Of a stretch of 64,000 nucleotides of DNA, positions 29,001-38,407 are shown one piece after another. The stretch is from Fibrobacterota bacterium. Lineage in GTDB: Bacteria; Fibrobacterota; Fibrobacteria; UBA11236. Position 1 is the first letter of the stretch. The number at the start of each line of letters is the position of its first letter. The DNA is taken from assembly GCA_028287465.1 (NCBI GenBank), contig JAQBPO010000018.1, positions 31,857 through 95,856 on the forward strand, read 5' to 3'. The translations under genes were made by a program, and so were the position numbers. The notes under the pieces were generated by a model, which did no database searches, was not told the origin of the DNA, and was given only the letters and a program-made list of their open reading frames with translations.

Positions 29001-31472
29001 ATCGAGAAGCTCAGGGCCCTCGGTCTCGTGTGGCAGGATTCGGATGCGGACGGATTCCCGGACGACATCGAAATGATGTACGGCTTCAATCCGAATGACC
29101 CCAGGAACAATCCGGGCACCACGGTGCGCGCCAATGCGCCCATCGGCGTGTTCTCCGGCAAGTTCCAGATGGGCTCCATGACCAACACCATCACCTTCAA
29201 GGTGTATACCGATAGCCTCAAGGCCTTGTGGGTCGCCTACTCCGCCGTCATCGGCAGGGACACCCTGGTCGACACCCTGAAGACGGCCTTCAACGAGATG
29301 GCCGGCGAGTTGTATATCGCCGTCAAGCTGCCCATGAACGGACCGGACGCCGGCAAGGCCCTCCTGCTGCGCGGCCACTTCGATGCCAATGCCTCCCTGT
29401 TGATGGGCCCTATCGACATGATCACGGCTCCGGTCAAGGGCGCGACCAATTTCGGCGGAGGCCCCTACGTCGGCCAGTTCGCCGCTTCCGGCCGCGGAGA
29501 GGACGTGTCCCGCTACCTGCCGGGCGCGAATGGAACCACGGTCATCAACAATCCCATCAACCAACCGGTGAATGCGGTGTTCGGCTATCGTGCTCCCCCG
29601 GCGGGCACGACCGAAGGCGCCCAGATCATCTTCAAGGGCAATACCCTCATCCTGGTAAATGATTTCGGGGATACCCTCGCCACCATTCCGAACCTGGTCT
29701 TCCGCACCCAGCCCGACGGCAGCTTCGATTTCAACGGGGAGACCCGTTCCGTTGGAGCCAACAATAGCTGGAAGCGGTCCGAAGCGGGCGCACACATCGC
29801 CTATGACGGAAACGGCAACTGGATAGTGGACGGCCATTTCTTCCAGGAATCCGATTCCGTCGGCGTCCACAAGACCATTCCCGGACAGTTCTGCGCCAAG
29901 GCCGAAAAGGCCGCCATGACTCCGTCGCCCGACAAGATCGAAGGCAGCATGAGGGGTTGGATCGCCCAGGACAAGACCGGAGGGGGCTTCGTGGTCCAAC
30001 CGGTGAACACTTGCGATCCGACCCGCGGCCCCTGCACCAACAACCCCCCCGCCTGCGACCCGGCCAAGGGTCCTTGCAATACCGATCCCAATGCCTGCCC
30101 GGCCGGCCAGGTATGCAATACCAACCCGGTCAACTCCTTCAACCAGCCCTGGATGGCCGGCGGAGTCGCCAACTTCAGGACCTTCCTGGAACGCGCCGGG
30201 TACAAGGTCGACCAGTACGTCTTCGTCTCGATGGGCGGCCGCGTCTATCGCGTATTGAACGACTCGAACCATGTCAAGAACGCCAAGGCTCCCTGGTGCG
30301 GTCAGGTGGTCCTTTCGCTGGAAGCCGTTCCGGCCAAGGATGAGACGGACGTGGCAAGGGCCGCGTTCAAGAACGACTCCATGAGCCTGGCGACCATGTT
30401 TACCGGCGCCCTGGTCATCGCCATCGAGGACCAGTTCATGAAAGGCCAGCCCGCACTCATGGACAAGGCCCGCGACAACCAGGGTGAAATCCGCGCCAAC
30501 GTATTCGTGGTGGAAAACCGCCCCGCGCCGATGGAGTACGGAGCCGCCACCATGGTCTGCAACAATGGCCCCGTCAATCCGGTTTGCGACCCGGCCAAGG
30601 GCGCTTGCCCGCAGCCGGTTTGCGATCCCGCCAAGGGCCCCTGCCCGATCGATACCAACAAGGTGGTTTGCGACCCGACCCGTGGCTCTTGCCCCCAGCC
30701 GGTCTGCGACCCCGCGAAAGGTCCTTGCCCGGTTCCCTGTGACCCTGCCAAGGGCCCCTGCCCGATCGATACCAACAAGGTGGTCTGCGACCCGACCCGG
30801 GGCACCTGCCCGCAACCGGTCTGCGACCCCGCCAAGGGTCCCTGCGGTCCCCAGATGCCTCCTGCCTACATGGGAACGCTCGATGTCCTGAAGGCAGCCT
30901 TGGCGGTTTCCCAGAACACGGTCGGCATCGTGAAGGACAGCCTTGGGAACATCTCCGGCAAGGTGACGGTCAACCCCGGCTCCATGTTCGTCGATGCGAA
31001 TACCCGGATCGTGATGATTGCCGATATCGCCGGCACCACCAAGTTCGTGGTGCTCTCGATTCCCGGTGATCCCATGAAACTGGCCATCAAGGACGGCCTC
31101 CCCCTGGTCTTCCCCCGTCAAAATGATTCCGGCGTCGTGAACAATCCTCCCAAAGACACGAACGTGGTGGTCAACAATCCCCCGGTCGTGGATACCACCA
31201 AGCCCCCGGTCTATAAGGGAGGCATCGAGACCCTTCGGTCGGTCCTTTCCAGCACCGGCGGTGAAGTCCGGGTGATGGATCCCAAGGGCGGCTTCCTGGC
31301 CAATGTGAACCAGGAAACCCTCAAGACCGACGGCGTCATCACCACCATCCTGGATGCCAACAGCGGCGCCGTCTATGTCTTCATGGGCGCCAAGGAAGAC
31401 CCGACCAAGCCCGCCCTCGCCGCCGATGGCAGCCTGGTCGTAACGGTCAAGCCGACGGTCGCCGGCCCATAA
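26088..31472 (+). CDS. Giant surface lipoprotein with Ig-like (Big_5) domains, NTF2-like region, DxDxDG Ca-binding repeats and Cys-rich repeats
   Basis: Lipobox FTGC; DVTAPTV/ITFSEPM/KDLAKNPL Big_5 motifs; DMDQDG, DTDGDG, DSDADG; nine CDP(A/T)(K/R)GxC repeats. Start is 26073 or 26088. Confidence 0.85.
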   Translation: MNLPNGFYKGGGAQNRGVRILGKSIVAGLCVLSIAFTGCSQKSGKSTPKVVTNPEEPGTKKIVTALDSLVKANSGKGKGVVTGFLTGEGKSLAQGLLKQASNAGGERRFLQKSEIPLTGATILIFDALKPTTSADTTLKTDTAGNYTCVLKEGKYFGFAVYLDLETFQLVTTSIPNMNPKADSVIHMDTATAIEDVTAPTVAGVYDANTANSDGIFLVGSVPDKNAKINITFSEPMNRESAKNVILGRIDTTNTSTSMVLADTVKDAKLSWNGDSKELTIFAPSLVLGAQYGLIIPTTMKDLAKNPLEKEYKATFVTVLSADLAAIKFAVAATFPADKETIKPIQNPGVSFNRPVEVFSILKNATISPAINGYWEVSGARAVFIHKEPLVVGQTYTITLPTTVADLAAAGLETAFTYSFTVKDFEGAAKESSGKAQQVALAVEAAFDAYLSGDVGRFAAAFHQNFRLYNEDGGIKSKTQFLDMIRADVGEKQAMIAGFMGPVFDNTADACKDRLARWKVGAEGGTADDEIWVDAYVNPGQSPRAYDKDKVAIPASSLTWDPTGPRFTYKGKKYGFGPDMSKFSGPVNMDAAKGDMRFMADMLKQTSTVVLQLVKYEGKEEFRVDPSVTLSGDTARLAVKMINYEKYNRVNFGDINRACEAKLVDTTYEVLKFTLVFDGSKWLVTSIVSPSKETNREDFNKAVDTKDFQIKQILPITLVSPLKEGAQAADGTVTFKFKGPVLDSVGGYLVGISEDPKFCFGRPPYGALVYVKASNHSGAEETFVLGSNGIPTSSNAASILRRVQDLRLPGWERCMFENALTTLYKTESGFGGVYNWKVIAIKDTSAVSFLANGFSGERFYGESDFGPTRGYFACKAFPQGTAFAALETNQQNFVNTQPVINNGSFNDMDQDGVPDGMEGKYKTDPRDRNSFPNFRVDTDGDGLADFLEAMLDPKGTDSLITKKADAAGVKGEIEKLRALGLVWQDSDADGFPDDIEMMYGFNPNDPRNNPGTTVRANAPIGVFSGKFQMGSMTNTITFKVYTDSLKALWVAYSAVIGRDTLVDTLKTAFNEMAGELYIAVKLPMNGPDAGKALLLRGHFDANASLLMGPIDMITAPVKGATNFGGGPYVGQFAASGRGEDVSRYLPGANGTTVINNPINQPVNAVFGYRAPPAGTTEGAQIIFKGNTLILVNDFGDTLATIPNLVFRTQPDGSFDFNGETRSVGANNSWKRSEAGAHIAYDGNGNWIVDGHFFQESDSVGVHKTIPGQFCAKAEKAAMTPSPDKIEGSMRGWIAQDKTGGGFVVQPVNTCDPTRGPCTNNPPACDPAKGPCNTDPNACPAGQVCNTNPVNSFNQPWMAGGVANFRTFLERAGYKVDQYVFVSMGGRVYRVLNDSNHVKNAKAPWCGQVVLSLEAVPAKDETDVARAAFKNDSMSLATMFTGALVIAIEDQFMKGQPALMDKARDNQGEIRANVFVVENRPAPMEYGAATMVCNNGPVNPVCDPAKGACPQPVCDPAKGPCPIDTNKVVCDPTRGSCPQPVCDPAKGPCPVPCDPAKGPCPIDTNKVVCDPTRGTCPQPVCDPAKGPCGPQMPPAYMGTLDVLKAALAVSQNTVGIVKDSLGNISGKVTVNPGSMFVDANTRIVMIADIAGTTKFVVLSIPGDPMKLAIKDGLPLVFPRQNDSGVVNNPPKDTNVVVNNPPVVDTTKPPVYKGGIETLRSVLSSTGGEVRVMDPKGGFLANVNQETLKTDGVITTILDANSGAVYVFMGAKEDPTKPALAADGSLVVTVKPTVAGP
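30585..30845 (+). repeat. Intragenic array of 7 CDP(A/T)(K/R)GxC units with a higher-order duplication
   Basis: Translation shows CDPAKGPCPIDTNKVVCDPTRG(S/T)CPQPVCDPAKGPC twice; two further units lie at 30012-30077. Confidence 0.9.
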
Positions 31473-31495
31473 GGCCGTTCGGAGTCCTTTTCTTC

Positions 31496-31531
31496 AGGCC
31501 CCGGGGTTCCATCCCCGGGGCCTTTTCTTTT
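31496..31531 (+). terminator. Intrinsic terminator
   Basis: aggccccgggg-ttccat-ccccggggccttttctttt. Confidence 0.88.
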
Positions 31532-31620
31532 CCCCGGAAAATATCCCCGTCCAGGCGGGAAAAACCGGCCTATGGCTTCCCCGCGGCCTGCAATGGTATC
31601 CTGGAAGACAGGTCGATACC

Positions 31621-32028
31621 ATGGAAGTCCCGGAATTCCGCATGCAGGATCACGATTTGGAGGCCCGCCTCGCCCGTTTGGAGCGGGCGCAGGCCCTCGC
31701 CTTGGAAGAAGCCCTGGAAAGGCTTTCAGGGGCCCCGGGTAAAGGGGAAAGGGAAGGCCTTCCCCTGTTCCTCTTGCCGTTGGCGGAGTCCGGACTGACC
31801 GCCACCCAGATGGTTCGCCTCGCGGGCAAGGTTCCGGATGGTTTTCCGCTCGATCATCGGGAAATCTATTTTGACTTCCGGTTGGCGCGATGGATGCGTC
31901 ATATCGAACCGCCCACCATTTCCCAATGCCTGGATGAATACATGGAGAACGCCGAGTCGCCCGCGGCCGGGATGGCGTATCTCAAGGCCCAGTGGCTGGG
32001 TTTCCTGCGACGGTACGGAGCGGGGTAG
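31621..32028 (+). CDS. Hypothetical protein
   Basis: 135-aa ORF filling the gap, with plausible codon usage. Confidence 0.55.
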   Translation: MEVPEFRMQDHDLEARLARLERAQALALEEALERLSGAPGKGEREGLPLFLLPLAESGLTATQMVRLAGKVPDGFPLDHREIYFDFRLARWMRHIEPPTISQCLDEYMENAESPAAGMAYLKAQWLGFLRRYGAG

Positions 32029-32062
32029 GGGATCGGCCTCGAGGGCCGGGCGAAGCCTATTC

Positions 32063-33028
32063 TCAGAACGGCAGGGACAGGCTCGCGGCGAGGGTCCCGT
32101 CGGGATGGGCCTCGAAAGCGAAATGGCTGGGAGCGTCGAAGTCCGACAAGGACGCGTCCACCATCCCATCCAAGACCGCATACACGTAGAACAGGGCCAT
32201 GCCCCAGAAGTATTGGTTGCGCCTCTTCCGGTAAAGGGTCCGATCCTTTTCCAATTCGGTTATCGTCGAGGAACCGGCGGGCAACTCCTCCCTCGCTACC
32301 GCGAGTCGGGCATTGAGCAGATCCACCATCTGCTGGCGGGAATAGGCCGAGATCGCGCTCGCGCCTATCGTCATCCACAACAACCCGAACTTACCGTATC
32401 GCCGGTTGTAAATCTGGCCGGCCCCGGGGAATGCCATTCCATAGAGCATGGCCCGCCGTACCGAACGGGTCCGGGTATCCTTGTGCCGGCTCAGGTAGGC
32501 GATTTCCGCAGCATCCAGGATGCCGTAAAGATGCAGGCCTACGGCCCAGGCGAATTGGGAATGGACCAGGTCTTCCTGCTGGGAAGCCAACTGGGTGCGC
32601 CCCCGGGCGAAGGAGATCTGTTCCCTGCGGCGGGCATCGAAAAAATCCGCGCTGTCCGGGGATCGGCCCTGCTTGATGAAATAGGCGTCCGCCGAATCAA
32701 GGGCCTCCCCGGCCTGTTCGCGCCAGTGGGGGATATCCACAAGTTCGGAATACAGGGCCAACCCGCCCAACAAGGTTTCCAGGCCGATCAGAAAGCCCCC
32801 GCGAACGGGGTGATGCCCGTAAATCTGCCCGGCCCCTGGAAGCAGGGCGGATAGGGTAACGGTCTTGGCATAGGAAAGCGGATGAGGCGGTCCTGTCCAA
32901 TCCCGCAAGGGCAAGGAGTCGATTTCCGCGATACCGCTATGGCCTTGGGAGGCGGAGGGGCGGTAGAGAGCCAGGAAGATTAGGATAAGGAGGGTGTGGC
33001 CCACGCGCATTGACAGGAAAAAGTACAA
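32063..33028 (-). CDS. Membrane protein with two DUF5683-like repeats
   Basis: SALLPGAGQIY and AFPGAGQIYNRRY; YGILDA and YAVLDGMVDA. Confidence 0.75.
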   Translation of the reverse strand: MYFFLSMRVGHTLLILIFLALYRPSASQGHSGIAEIDSLPLRDWTGPPHPLSYAKTVTLSALLPGAGQIYGHHPVRGGFLIGLETLLGGLALYSELVDIPHWREQAGEALDSADAYFIKQGRSPDSADFFDARRREQISFARGRTQLASQQEDLVHSQFAWAVGLHLYGILDAAEIAYLSRHKDTRTRSVRRAMLYGMAFPGAGQIYNRRYGKFGLLWMTIGASAISAYSRQQMVDLLNARLAVAREELPAGSSTITELEKDRTLYRKRRNQYFWGMALFYVYAVLDGMVDASLSDFDAPSHFAFEAHPDGTLAASLSLPF

Positions 33029-33106
33029 AGAACTGGGCCAAAGCCGGAATCGGTCCCTGTCAAGCGGGACAATTCCTGTCCCCGGGGAGGTGGTATATTT
33101 TTAAAT

Positions 33107-34366
33107 ATGAAAGTCGGCATCATCAATATCGGGGACGAGCTGCTCGGCGGCAAAATCCTGAACTCGAACCAGTTCGATTTGGCCCGCATCCTCGCCCCTC
33201 TCGGCCATGACATCCCCTTCAACCTTGTCGTCGGGGATGACGAAAGCGCGCTCGCACGCTCCCTCTCCTGGGTCACCGGACCCCTGACCCCGTTCAAACC
33301 GGACCTTCTGATCCTTACGGGGGGCTTGGGGCCCACCAAGGATGACCTTACCCGGCAGGCCGTAGCCGGATTCCTGGGGCGGCCCATGGTTGAAAGCGCG
33401 GAGGCCCTTGACTGGCTCGCCGAATTCCTCGGTCGGCCAGCGGGGGAGATGCCGTGGGGCCAGCGCCTCCAGGCTTCCGTTCCCGAGGGAACCCGGCCGC
33501 TACGTAACCCAGCGGGTACTGCCTGCGGGTTCCGGTTCGAAGCGGGCGGCATTCCTGCGTACGCTTTTCCCGGAGTACCGGCCGAGCTGGATGCCATGGC
33601 GCGCCTGCACCTGCTTCCCGGCCTGAAAGGGGATGGCGTACTTCTGGAACGCAGCCTGTATACCTGGGGTTGGTCGGAAAGCGCCCAACGTCAAGCCTTC
33701 GGGGCCATCGAACTGTCCCCCCATTTCCGGTTCTCCAGCCTTCCCGGCGAGCGGGGCGTGCGCATCACCCTTTCCAGCCTGTGCGCCCCGTCCCAGCAGG
33801 CCGGACGCGCTGAGGAACTCGATGTACTTTGGCGGGAAATGCTGAAGTCCATTCCCAAGGAATCCATCGTCGACACCGAAGGTTCCGCCTTGCCCCAGGC
33901 CGTGGTCAAACTCCTCCTTTCCAGAGGAGCCACGGTTTCCGTAGCGGAGTCCTGCACCGGAGGCGGCCTCGGATTTCTCCTGACCGAAACGGCCGGAAGT
34001 TCCGCGGTCTTCCATAAGGGTTTTCTGACCTATTCCAACCAGGCGAAGACGGATCTGCTCGGCGTGGATCCGGATATCCTGAAATCCCATGGAGCCGTAT
34101 CCGAGGAAACCGCCTTGGCCATGGTACGCGGCTGCCTGGATCGATCCGGAGCCACCTACGCGGCCGCCATTACCGGTATCGCCGGACCGGACGGCGGTAC
34201 CCATGATAAGCCCGTGGGGACCGTTTGGATCGCCGTGGCGGCCCATGGCATCGCCCATGCGCGGGTTTTCAAATTCCGCGGCGATAGGAACGTCATCCGG
34301 TGGCGGTCGGCACAATCGGCCTTGAACCAGCTTAGGTTATTGATTTCAGGGCAAATGGAGTCATGA
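33107..34366 (+). CDS. cinA: Competence/damage-inducible CinA (MoCF + PncC domains)
   Basis: GDELL.G, GGLGPTKDDLT, AESCTGG, GAVSEE, GIAGPDGG; directly upstream of recA. Confidence 0.93.
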   Translation: MKVGIINIGDELLGGKILNSNQFDLARILAPLGHDIPFNLVVGDDESALARSLSWVTGPLTPFKPDLLILTGGLGPTKDDLTRQAVAGFLGRPMVESAEALDWLAEFLGRPAGEMPWGQRLQASVPEGTRPLRNPAGTACGFRFEAGGIPAYAFPGVPAELDAMARLHLLPGLKGDGVLLERSLYTWGWSESAQRQAFGAIELSPHFRFSSLPGERGVRITLSSLCAPSQQAGRAEELDVLWREMLKSIPKESIVDTEGSALPQAVVKLLLSRGATVSVAESCTGGGLGFLLTETAGSSAVFHKGFLTYSNQAKTDLLGVDPDILKSHGAVSEETALAMVRGCLDRSGATYAAAITGIAGPDGGTHDKPVGTVWIAVAAHGIAHARVFKFRGDRNVIRWRSAQSALNQLRLLISGQMES

Positions 34367-34387
34367 TAAACTTATCCATAAATGCCC

Positions 34388-34416
34388 TTGCACATTTGAG
34401 CAGTAATTAGTATTCT
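34388..34416 (+). promoter_or_regulatory. recA sigma70 promoter with overlapping Fibrobacter-type LexA (SOS) box
   Basis: -35 TTGCAC, 17-bp spacer, -10 TATTCT. 34389-34402 TGCACATTTGAGCA reads TGCTC-AAAT-GTGCA on the minus strand, matching the F. succinogenes LexA site TGCNC-N4-GTGCA. Confidence 0.8.
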
Positions 34417-34449
34417 TATTCAAACCCCTCCCTCCTGAAGGAGTCTTTC

Positions 34450-35565
34450 ATGTCCGTCAAGAACAAACCCCAAGTCGTTTCCGAGGAAACCGCCAACAAG
34501 AAAAGGGCTATCGATGCTGCCGTTGCGCAGATCGAGAAGAACCACGGTAAAGGCTCGATCATGACCTTGGGAAGCCAGGAAATCATGGATATCCCCGTCA
34601 TCAGCACGGGTTGCATCCAGCTGGATATGTCCCTCGGCATCGGCGGATTGCCCAAGGGGAGAATCGTCGAGATTTTTGGACCGGAATCCTCCGGTAAGAC
34701 CACCTTGACCTTGCATGCCATCGCCGAGTGTCAGAAGGCCGGCGGAGTCGCCGCCTTCATCGATGCCGAGCATGCCTTCGATGCCCTCTATGCCCGCAAA
34801 CTGGGCGTGGACATCGACAATCTCCTGGTCTCCCAGCCGGATACCGGCGAGCAGGCCCTGGACATCTGCGAGACCCTGGTCCGCAGCGGCGCCATCGACC
34901 TTATCGTCGTGGATTCCGTTGCCGCCCTGGTTCCCCAGGCCGAAATCAATGGTGAGATGGGGGATTCCCACATGGGTCTGCAGGCCCGCCTGATGAGCCA
35001 GGCCCTGCGCAAGCTTACGGGCATCCTGAACCGGTCCCATTGCTGCCTCATCTTCATCAACCAGCTGCGCATGAAGATCGGCGTCATGTTCGGGAATCCG
35101 GAAACCACCACGGGCGGCAATGCCTTGAAGTTCTATTCCTCCGTTCGCCTGGACATCCGTAAGATCGCTTCCCTGAAGGAAGGCGACGATGTCATCGGAA
35201 ACCGGACCAAGGTGAAGGTCGTCAAAAACAAGGTGGCCGCTCCGTTCAAGCAATGCGAGTTCGACATCCTATACGGTACCGGCATTTCCCGCGAAGGAAG
35301 TCTGCTGGATATGGCGACCGAAATGGAAATCGTCCAGAAGAGCGGAACCTGGTTTTCCTACGGTAAGGAACGCATCGGCCAAGGCCGTGAAAAGGCTCGG
35401 GACTTCCTCAAGGAAAACAAGGCCATGGCCGCGGAAATCGAGGCCAAGATCCGTCAGACCCATGCCGCAGCCCAAGCCGATTCCAAGGCCGTAAAGGCTG
35501 CCGCAACCGGAGGGGGCGAAGAGTCCTGGGACAATATCGAAATCACGGCTCAAGGCGATACCTGA
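34450..35565 (+). CDS. recA: Recombinase RecA
   Basis: [38 protein letters not shown]. Confidence 0.99.
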   Translation: MSVKNKPQVVSEETANKKRAIDAAVAQIEKNHGKGSIMTLGSQEIMDIPVISTGCIQLDMSLGIGGLPKGRIVEIFGPESSGKTTLTLHAIAECQKAGGVAAFIDAEHAFDALYARKLGVDIDNLLVSQPDTGEQALDICETLVRSGAIDLIVVDSVAALVPQAEINGEMGDSHMGLQARLMSQALRKLTGILNRSHCCLIFINQLRMKIGVMFGNPETTTGGNALKFYSSVRLDIRKIASLKEGDDVIGNRTKVKVVKNKVAAPFKQCEFDILYGTGISREGSLLDMATEMEIVQKSGTWFSYGKERIGQGREKARDFLKENKAMAAEIEAKIRQTHAAAQADSKAVKAAATGGGEESWDNIEITAQGDT

Positions 35566-35697
35566 AGCGAATTCGTACTACGGTAGAACCTGAAGTGAAT
35601 TGAATGGGCATCACCCGTCCTTCCCGGAGGACAGGTGACCGGTCCCTCAAAAGCCGAAGGGGTGGCGCCTCACTGCTCGACCGCCATTCCTCGTCCA

Positions 35698-35738
35698 GAC
35701 GGCAGCCCTGCACCCGTAGGGCTGCCGTCCATTTTTAT
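35698..35738 (+). terminator. Intrinsic terminator downstream of recA
   Basis: gacggcagccct...agggctgccgtc followed by catttttat. Confidence 0.8.
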
Positions 35739-35927
35739 CCGGTAAAATCATTCCGGGTACCCAAACCGGAAAAATCCAGGTTGATAACGTTTCCGACAAG
35801 GTAAAAAAGCCGTAAATCTCGCTCTTTTCGGGCGATTTCCCAAAAGGATATCGGGTTACGGCGAGGCGCCGAATTATATAATTTACTCGAACGTCTTTCC
35901 GATACCATCCGAACCCGGCTGAGCAGC

Positions 35928-36782
35928 ATGAGACCCTTTCCAAATCGAATCCAAAGCCTCTTTTGCGGTCTGATTTTGTCCGCTGCGGCCTTCGCAATCG
36001 GCGCGACGGATGACGATCTGGCGCGACCCCTTCTGATGCAGGCCATGGACAATCAGTACCACGGACGTTACCAGGCCACCATGGAGATCGTCAATGAGAC
36101 CTTCGCGGACGGAAAGGACTCCCTCGCCGGTTGGGCCGAGTTCGCCGATGATGTGGGGGAGCGGAGGATGTGCCTGGCCGGTTCCAAGAAGGCCTTCGAA
36201 TACAAGAGCCTGAATTTCGGAAAGGAACAGTGGATTACCGACGATAATTCCCAACGGGTCCGCCGTATCGCGAACCGCCAGTGGAAGAAAGGGGTTTTCG
36301 GCACCCTCCTTACTTATGAGGACATGCTCAAATTGCCCGTGGATTTCTTCCTGGAATACTCTTCATGCAAGGGCGTGAAGACCACGGACAGCACCTATCA
36401 GATTTGCATGACCCTGAAGCCGCTGTTCCAATCCTTTTACAGCCGTATCGATGTCACCTTGGACAAGAATCCGGTACTCTTGCGCGGCATGACCTTCTAC
36501 GGTACCCATGGCGAGAAGCTCAAGACCCTGCAGGTCAAAAGCTACAAGCAGATGGAAGGCAAATGGCTGATGACTCAGATGTCCTTGGCCGACAATGATT
36601 CCCTGGCCAGCCTGCAGATGTGCTTCAAGAATTTCTCGTTCACCGGGACGCCTCTGGCCCAGAAGGAAAGGGCCAAGAACCTGAGCCTGATATCCAGCCG
36701 TCCCTTGGTGATTCCGTCGCCTTCTGAAGGCGGCGGAAGCCAGGATTCCGACGTGGAAGGCGTGGAAGAAATCAGCAATTAG
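35928..36782 (+). CDS. Outer-membrane lipoprotein-sorting (LolA-like) protein
   Basis: Signal peptide; RVRRIA, FGTLLTYEDM, FYG..GEKLKTL....YKQMEGKW pattern. Confidence 0.75.
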   Translation: MRPFPNRIQSLFCGLILSAAAFAIGATDDDLARPLLMQAMDNQYHGRYQATMEIVNETFADGKDSLAGWAEFADDVGERRMCLAGSKKAFEYKSLNFGKEQWITDDNSQRVRRIANRQWKKGVFGTLLTYEDMLKLPVDFFLEYSSCKGVKTTDSTYQICMTLKPLFQSFYSRIDVTLDKNPVLLRGMTFYGTHGEKLKTLQVKSYKQMEGKWLMTQMSLADNDSLASLQMCFKNFSFTGTPLAQKERAKNLSLISSRPLVIPSPSEGGGSQDSDVEGVEEISN

Positions 36783-36805
36783 GCCGATACCGGCTTAACC
36801 CTTTT

Positions 36806-37732
36806 CTACATGCTCAGGAAGTGGATGTTCCACTTCCAGTCCGCCTCGAGGAGGAAGGACTTGGCGACGTCCCCCTTGGGAATCTGGTCATGCAGGGTCC
36901 AGTACCCGACGCTCAGATCCAGGCCGCGCCTTTGGCGTTCCGGATTCGTTCCGATCCGCAATCCCGTGATGCCGAAGGAAACGAGGTTCCGATTGATCTC
37001 GGTTTGGGTCGTATGCCAATACTGGTTCTTAAGGGCGTATCCCATGTAGGTCATGTGCGGGAAGTGGGACCAAGGCCGCAAGTCGAGATTCAACTGAGCC
37101 AGGAAGGTATTCACGCGATCGCGGGGCTTGATGAGCATGCCGTCCCTGTATTCGTAGACGTAATACTTGCCTTTGGCGTCGATGTCCCAAAGCGCGCGTG
37201 ACGCGAAGAAGTAGAATTGGGTGCGGCCGACATCGAAGGTCAGGTTCCCCTGATAGGTGAAGATATCCGCTCCTCCCAAATCCGGTTCTTCGGAAAAGAG
37301 TCCTCCAGGGGAATACCGATGCGGGGAGGGACGTAGGCTGTCCGAGAAGGAAACCATGGAGTTATGGAACATCAGGCGGTTATAGCTCAGTCCGAATTCC
37401 AGATACCGGAAGGGCTTCAGGTTGAATGTCGTCCCGATGTCCGAAGTGAAGGGCGATATGTTCAGGTTACCGTTGGTTTCGAAATAGGTCTCTCCGAAAA
37501 ATCCCTTTGAGCTTTCGGCCAGAGGCTCTATCCAGCCAACCTGGAAGTGGTAGAACCCATTGGTCAGTACGTAATCGTACCCGGCCGGGCTGGCCGCCAC
37601 GTTGATTTGGTTCATGAAGAAGGGACCGAACATCAGGGGTTTGATGCTATCGGCCCTTGAGGCCGGGTTCAGCAATGCCATGGCCAAAGCGGCCAAGGGA
37701 AGGCGATGGAGGAAAGGAAGCCGGGAAAGCAA
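36806..37732 (-). CDS. Hypothetical secreted/outer-membrane beta-rich protein (start uncertain)
   Basis: Signal peptide-like N-terminus and aromatic amphipathic strands. Confidence 0.6.
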   Translation of the reverse strand: MLSRLPFLHRLPLAALAMALLNPASRADSIKPLMFGPFFMNQINVAASPAGYDYVLTNGFYHFQVGWIEPLAESSKGFFGETYFETNGNLNISPFTSDIGTTFNLKPFRYLEFGLSYNRLMFHNSMVSFSDSLRPSPHRYSPGGLFSEEPDLGGADIFTYQGNLTFDVGRTQFYFFASRALWDIDAKGKYYVYEYRDGMLIKPRDRVNTFLAQLNLDLRPWSHFPHMTYMGYALKNQYWHTTQTEINRNLVSFGITGLRIGTNPERQRRGLDLSVGYWTLHDQIPKGDVAKSFLLEADWKWNIHFLSM

Positions 37733-37877
37733 GTGCGTCTACCCCTGGTGATACGTATCTCGGCTAAATCTAAAATATTCGCCGGGCTTCGTGGCCGGAA
37801 GGCGGTTTACCCTCGTACGTTGCGCTTCTATTCTTATATTTTAGCCCGTCGAAAGCCATCATTCCTGGAGGGTCAAC

Positions 37878-38333
37878 ATGAACACCAAGCTATCCGGCCA
37901 ATCGGAACCGCAACGGCGGCGCCCAGTAAGGAACCCCGCCCGCGGATTGCGCGCTTCCTTACGTCCGGCATTCCTGGCCGCCGGTTGCCTGGCCGTCCTG
38001 TTGGCATGCGCTCCCTCCTATACCCGGCCCCTGGTCTCTCGCGGCCTTCCGGCCGAGGAGCGTAAGGATTACATCATTCAGAATGGTTATGGCATCCCGG
38101 AAAACATCAAACAGGCGTTCCTCGAAGGGTACATCGAGGTGGGTATGGCCCGTGAACTGGTATTCCAGCTTTATGGTGCTCCGGATCGGACGACCGGCGG
38201 GGATACCAATTGGGAATACGTGAACAATAAGGGCAATCTCATCACCGGAATCACCTTCAAGGCCGATAAGGTCGAGAAGTTGTACGGGGACCCCAAGGGT
38301 GGGAACACGGCGGAGACCAAGACCGTCAACTGA
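37878..38333 (+). CDS. Small lipoprotein with SmpA/BamE-like domain
   Basis: Lipobox LLAC; IEVGM...V...YGAP...WEY motif. Confidence 0.7.
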   Translation: MNTKLSGQSEPQRRRPVRNPARGLRASLRPAFLAAGCLAVLLACAPSYTRPLVSRGLPAEERKDYIIQNGYGIPENIKQAFLEGYIEVGMARELVFQLYGAPDRTTGGDTNWEYVNNKGNLITGITFKADKVEKLYGDPKGGNTAETKTVN

Positions 38334-38407
38334 CCCGTCCCGGGCCTATCCGCCTCAGCACCTGGTTCCCGCCCCCGGCTTTCCGCCTTCACCATCAAGG
38401 ATGCGCC

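Noticed and set aside
30585-30845. Repeats as a CRISPR array or DGR template/variable pair
   Set aside because: They are in-frame coding repeats with mainly synonymous differences, not adenine-specific ones, and no reverse transcriptase is present.
26058-31121. 1687-aa minus-strand ORF
   Set aside because: Antisense shadow of the giant lipoprotein gene caused by high GC3; it has no motifs of its own.
34372-34380. DnaA-box-like TTATCCATA (also TTATCCATT at 13801)
   Set aside because: Isolated mismatched copies with no cluster and no dnaA context; not an origin.
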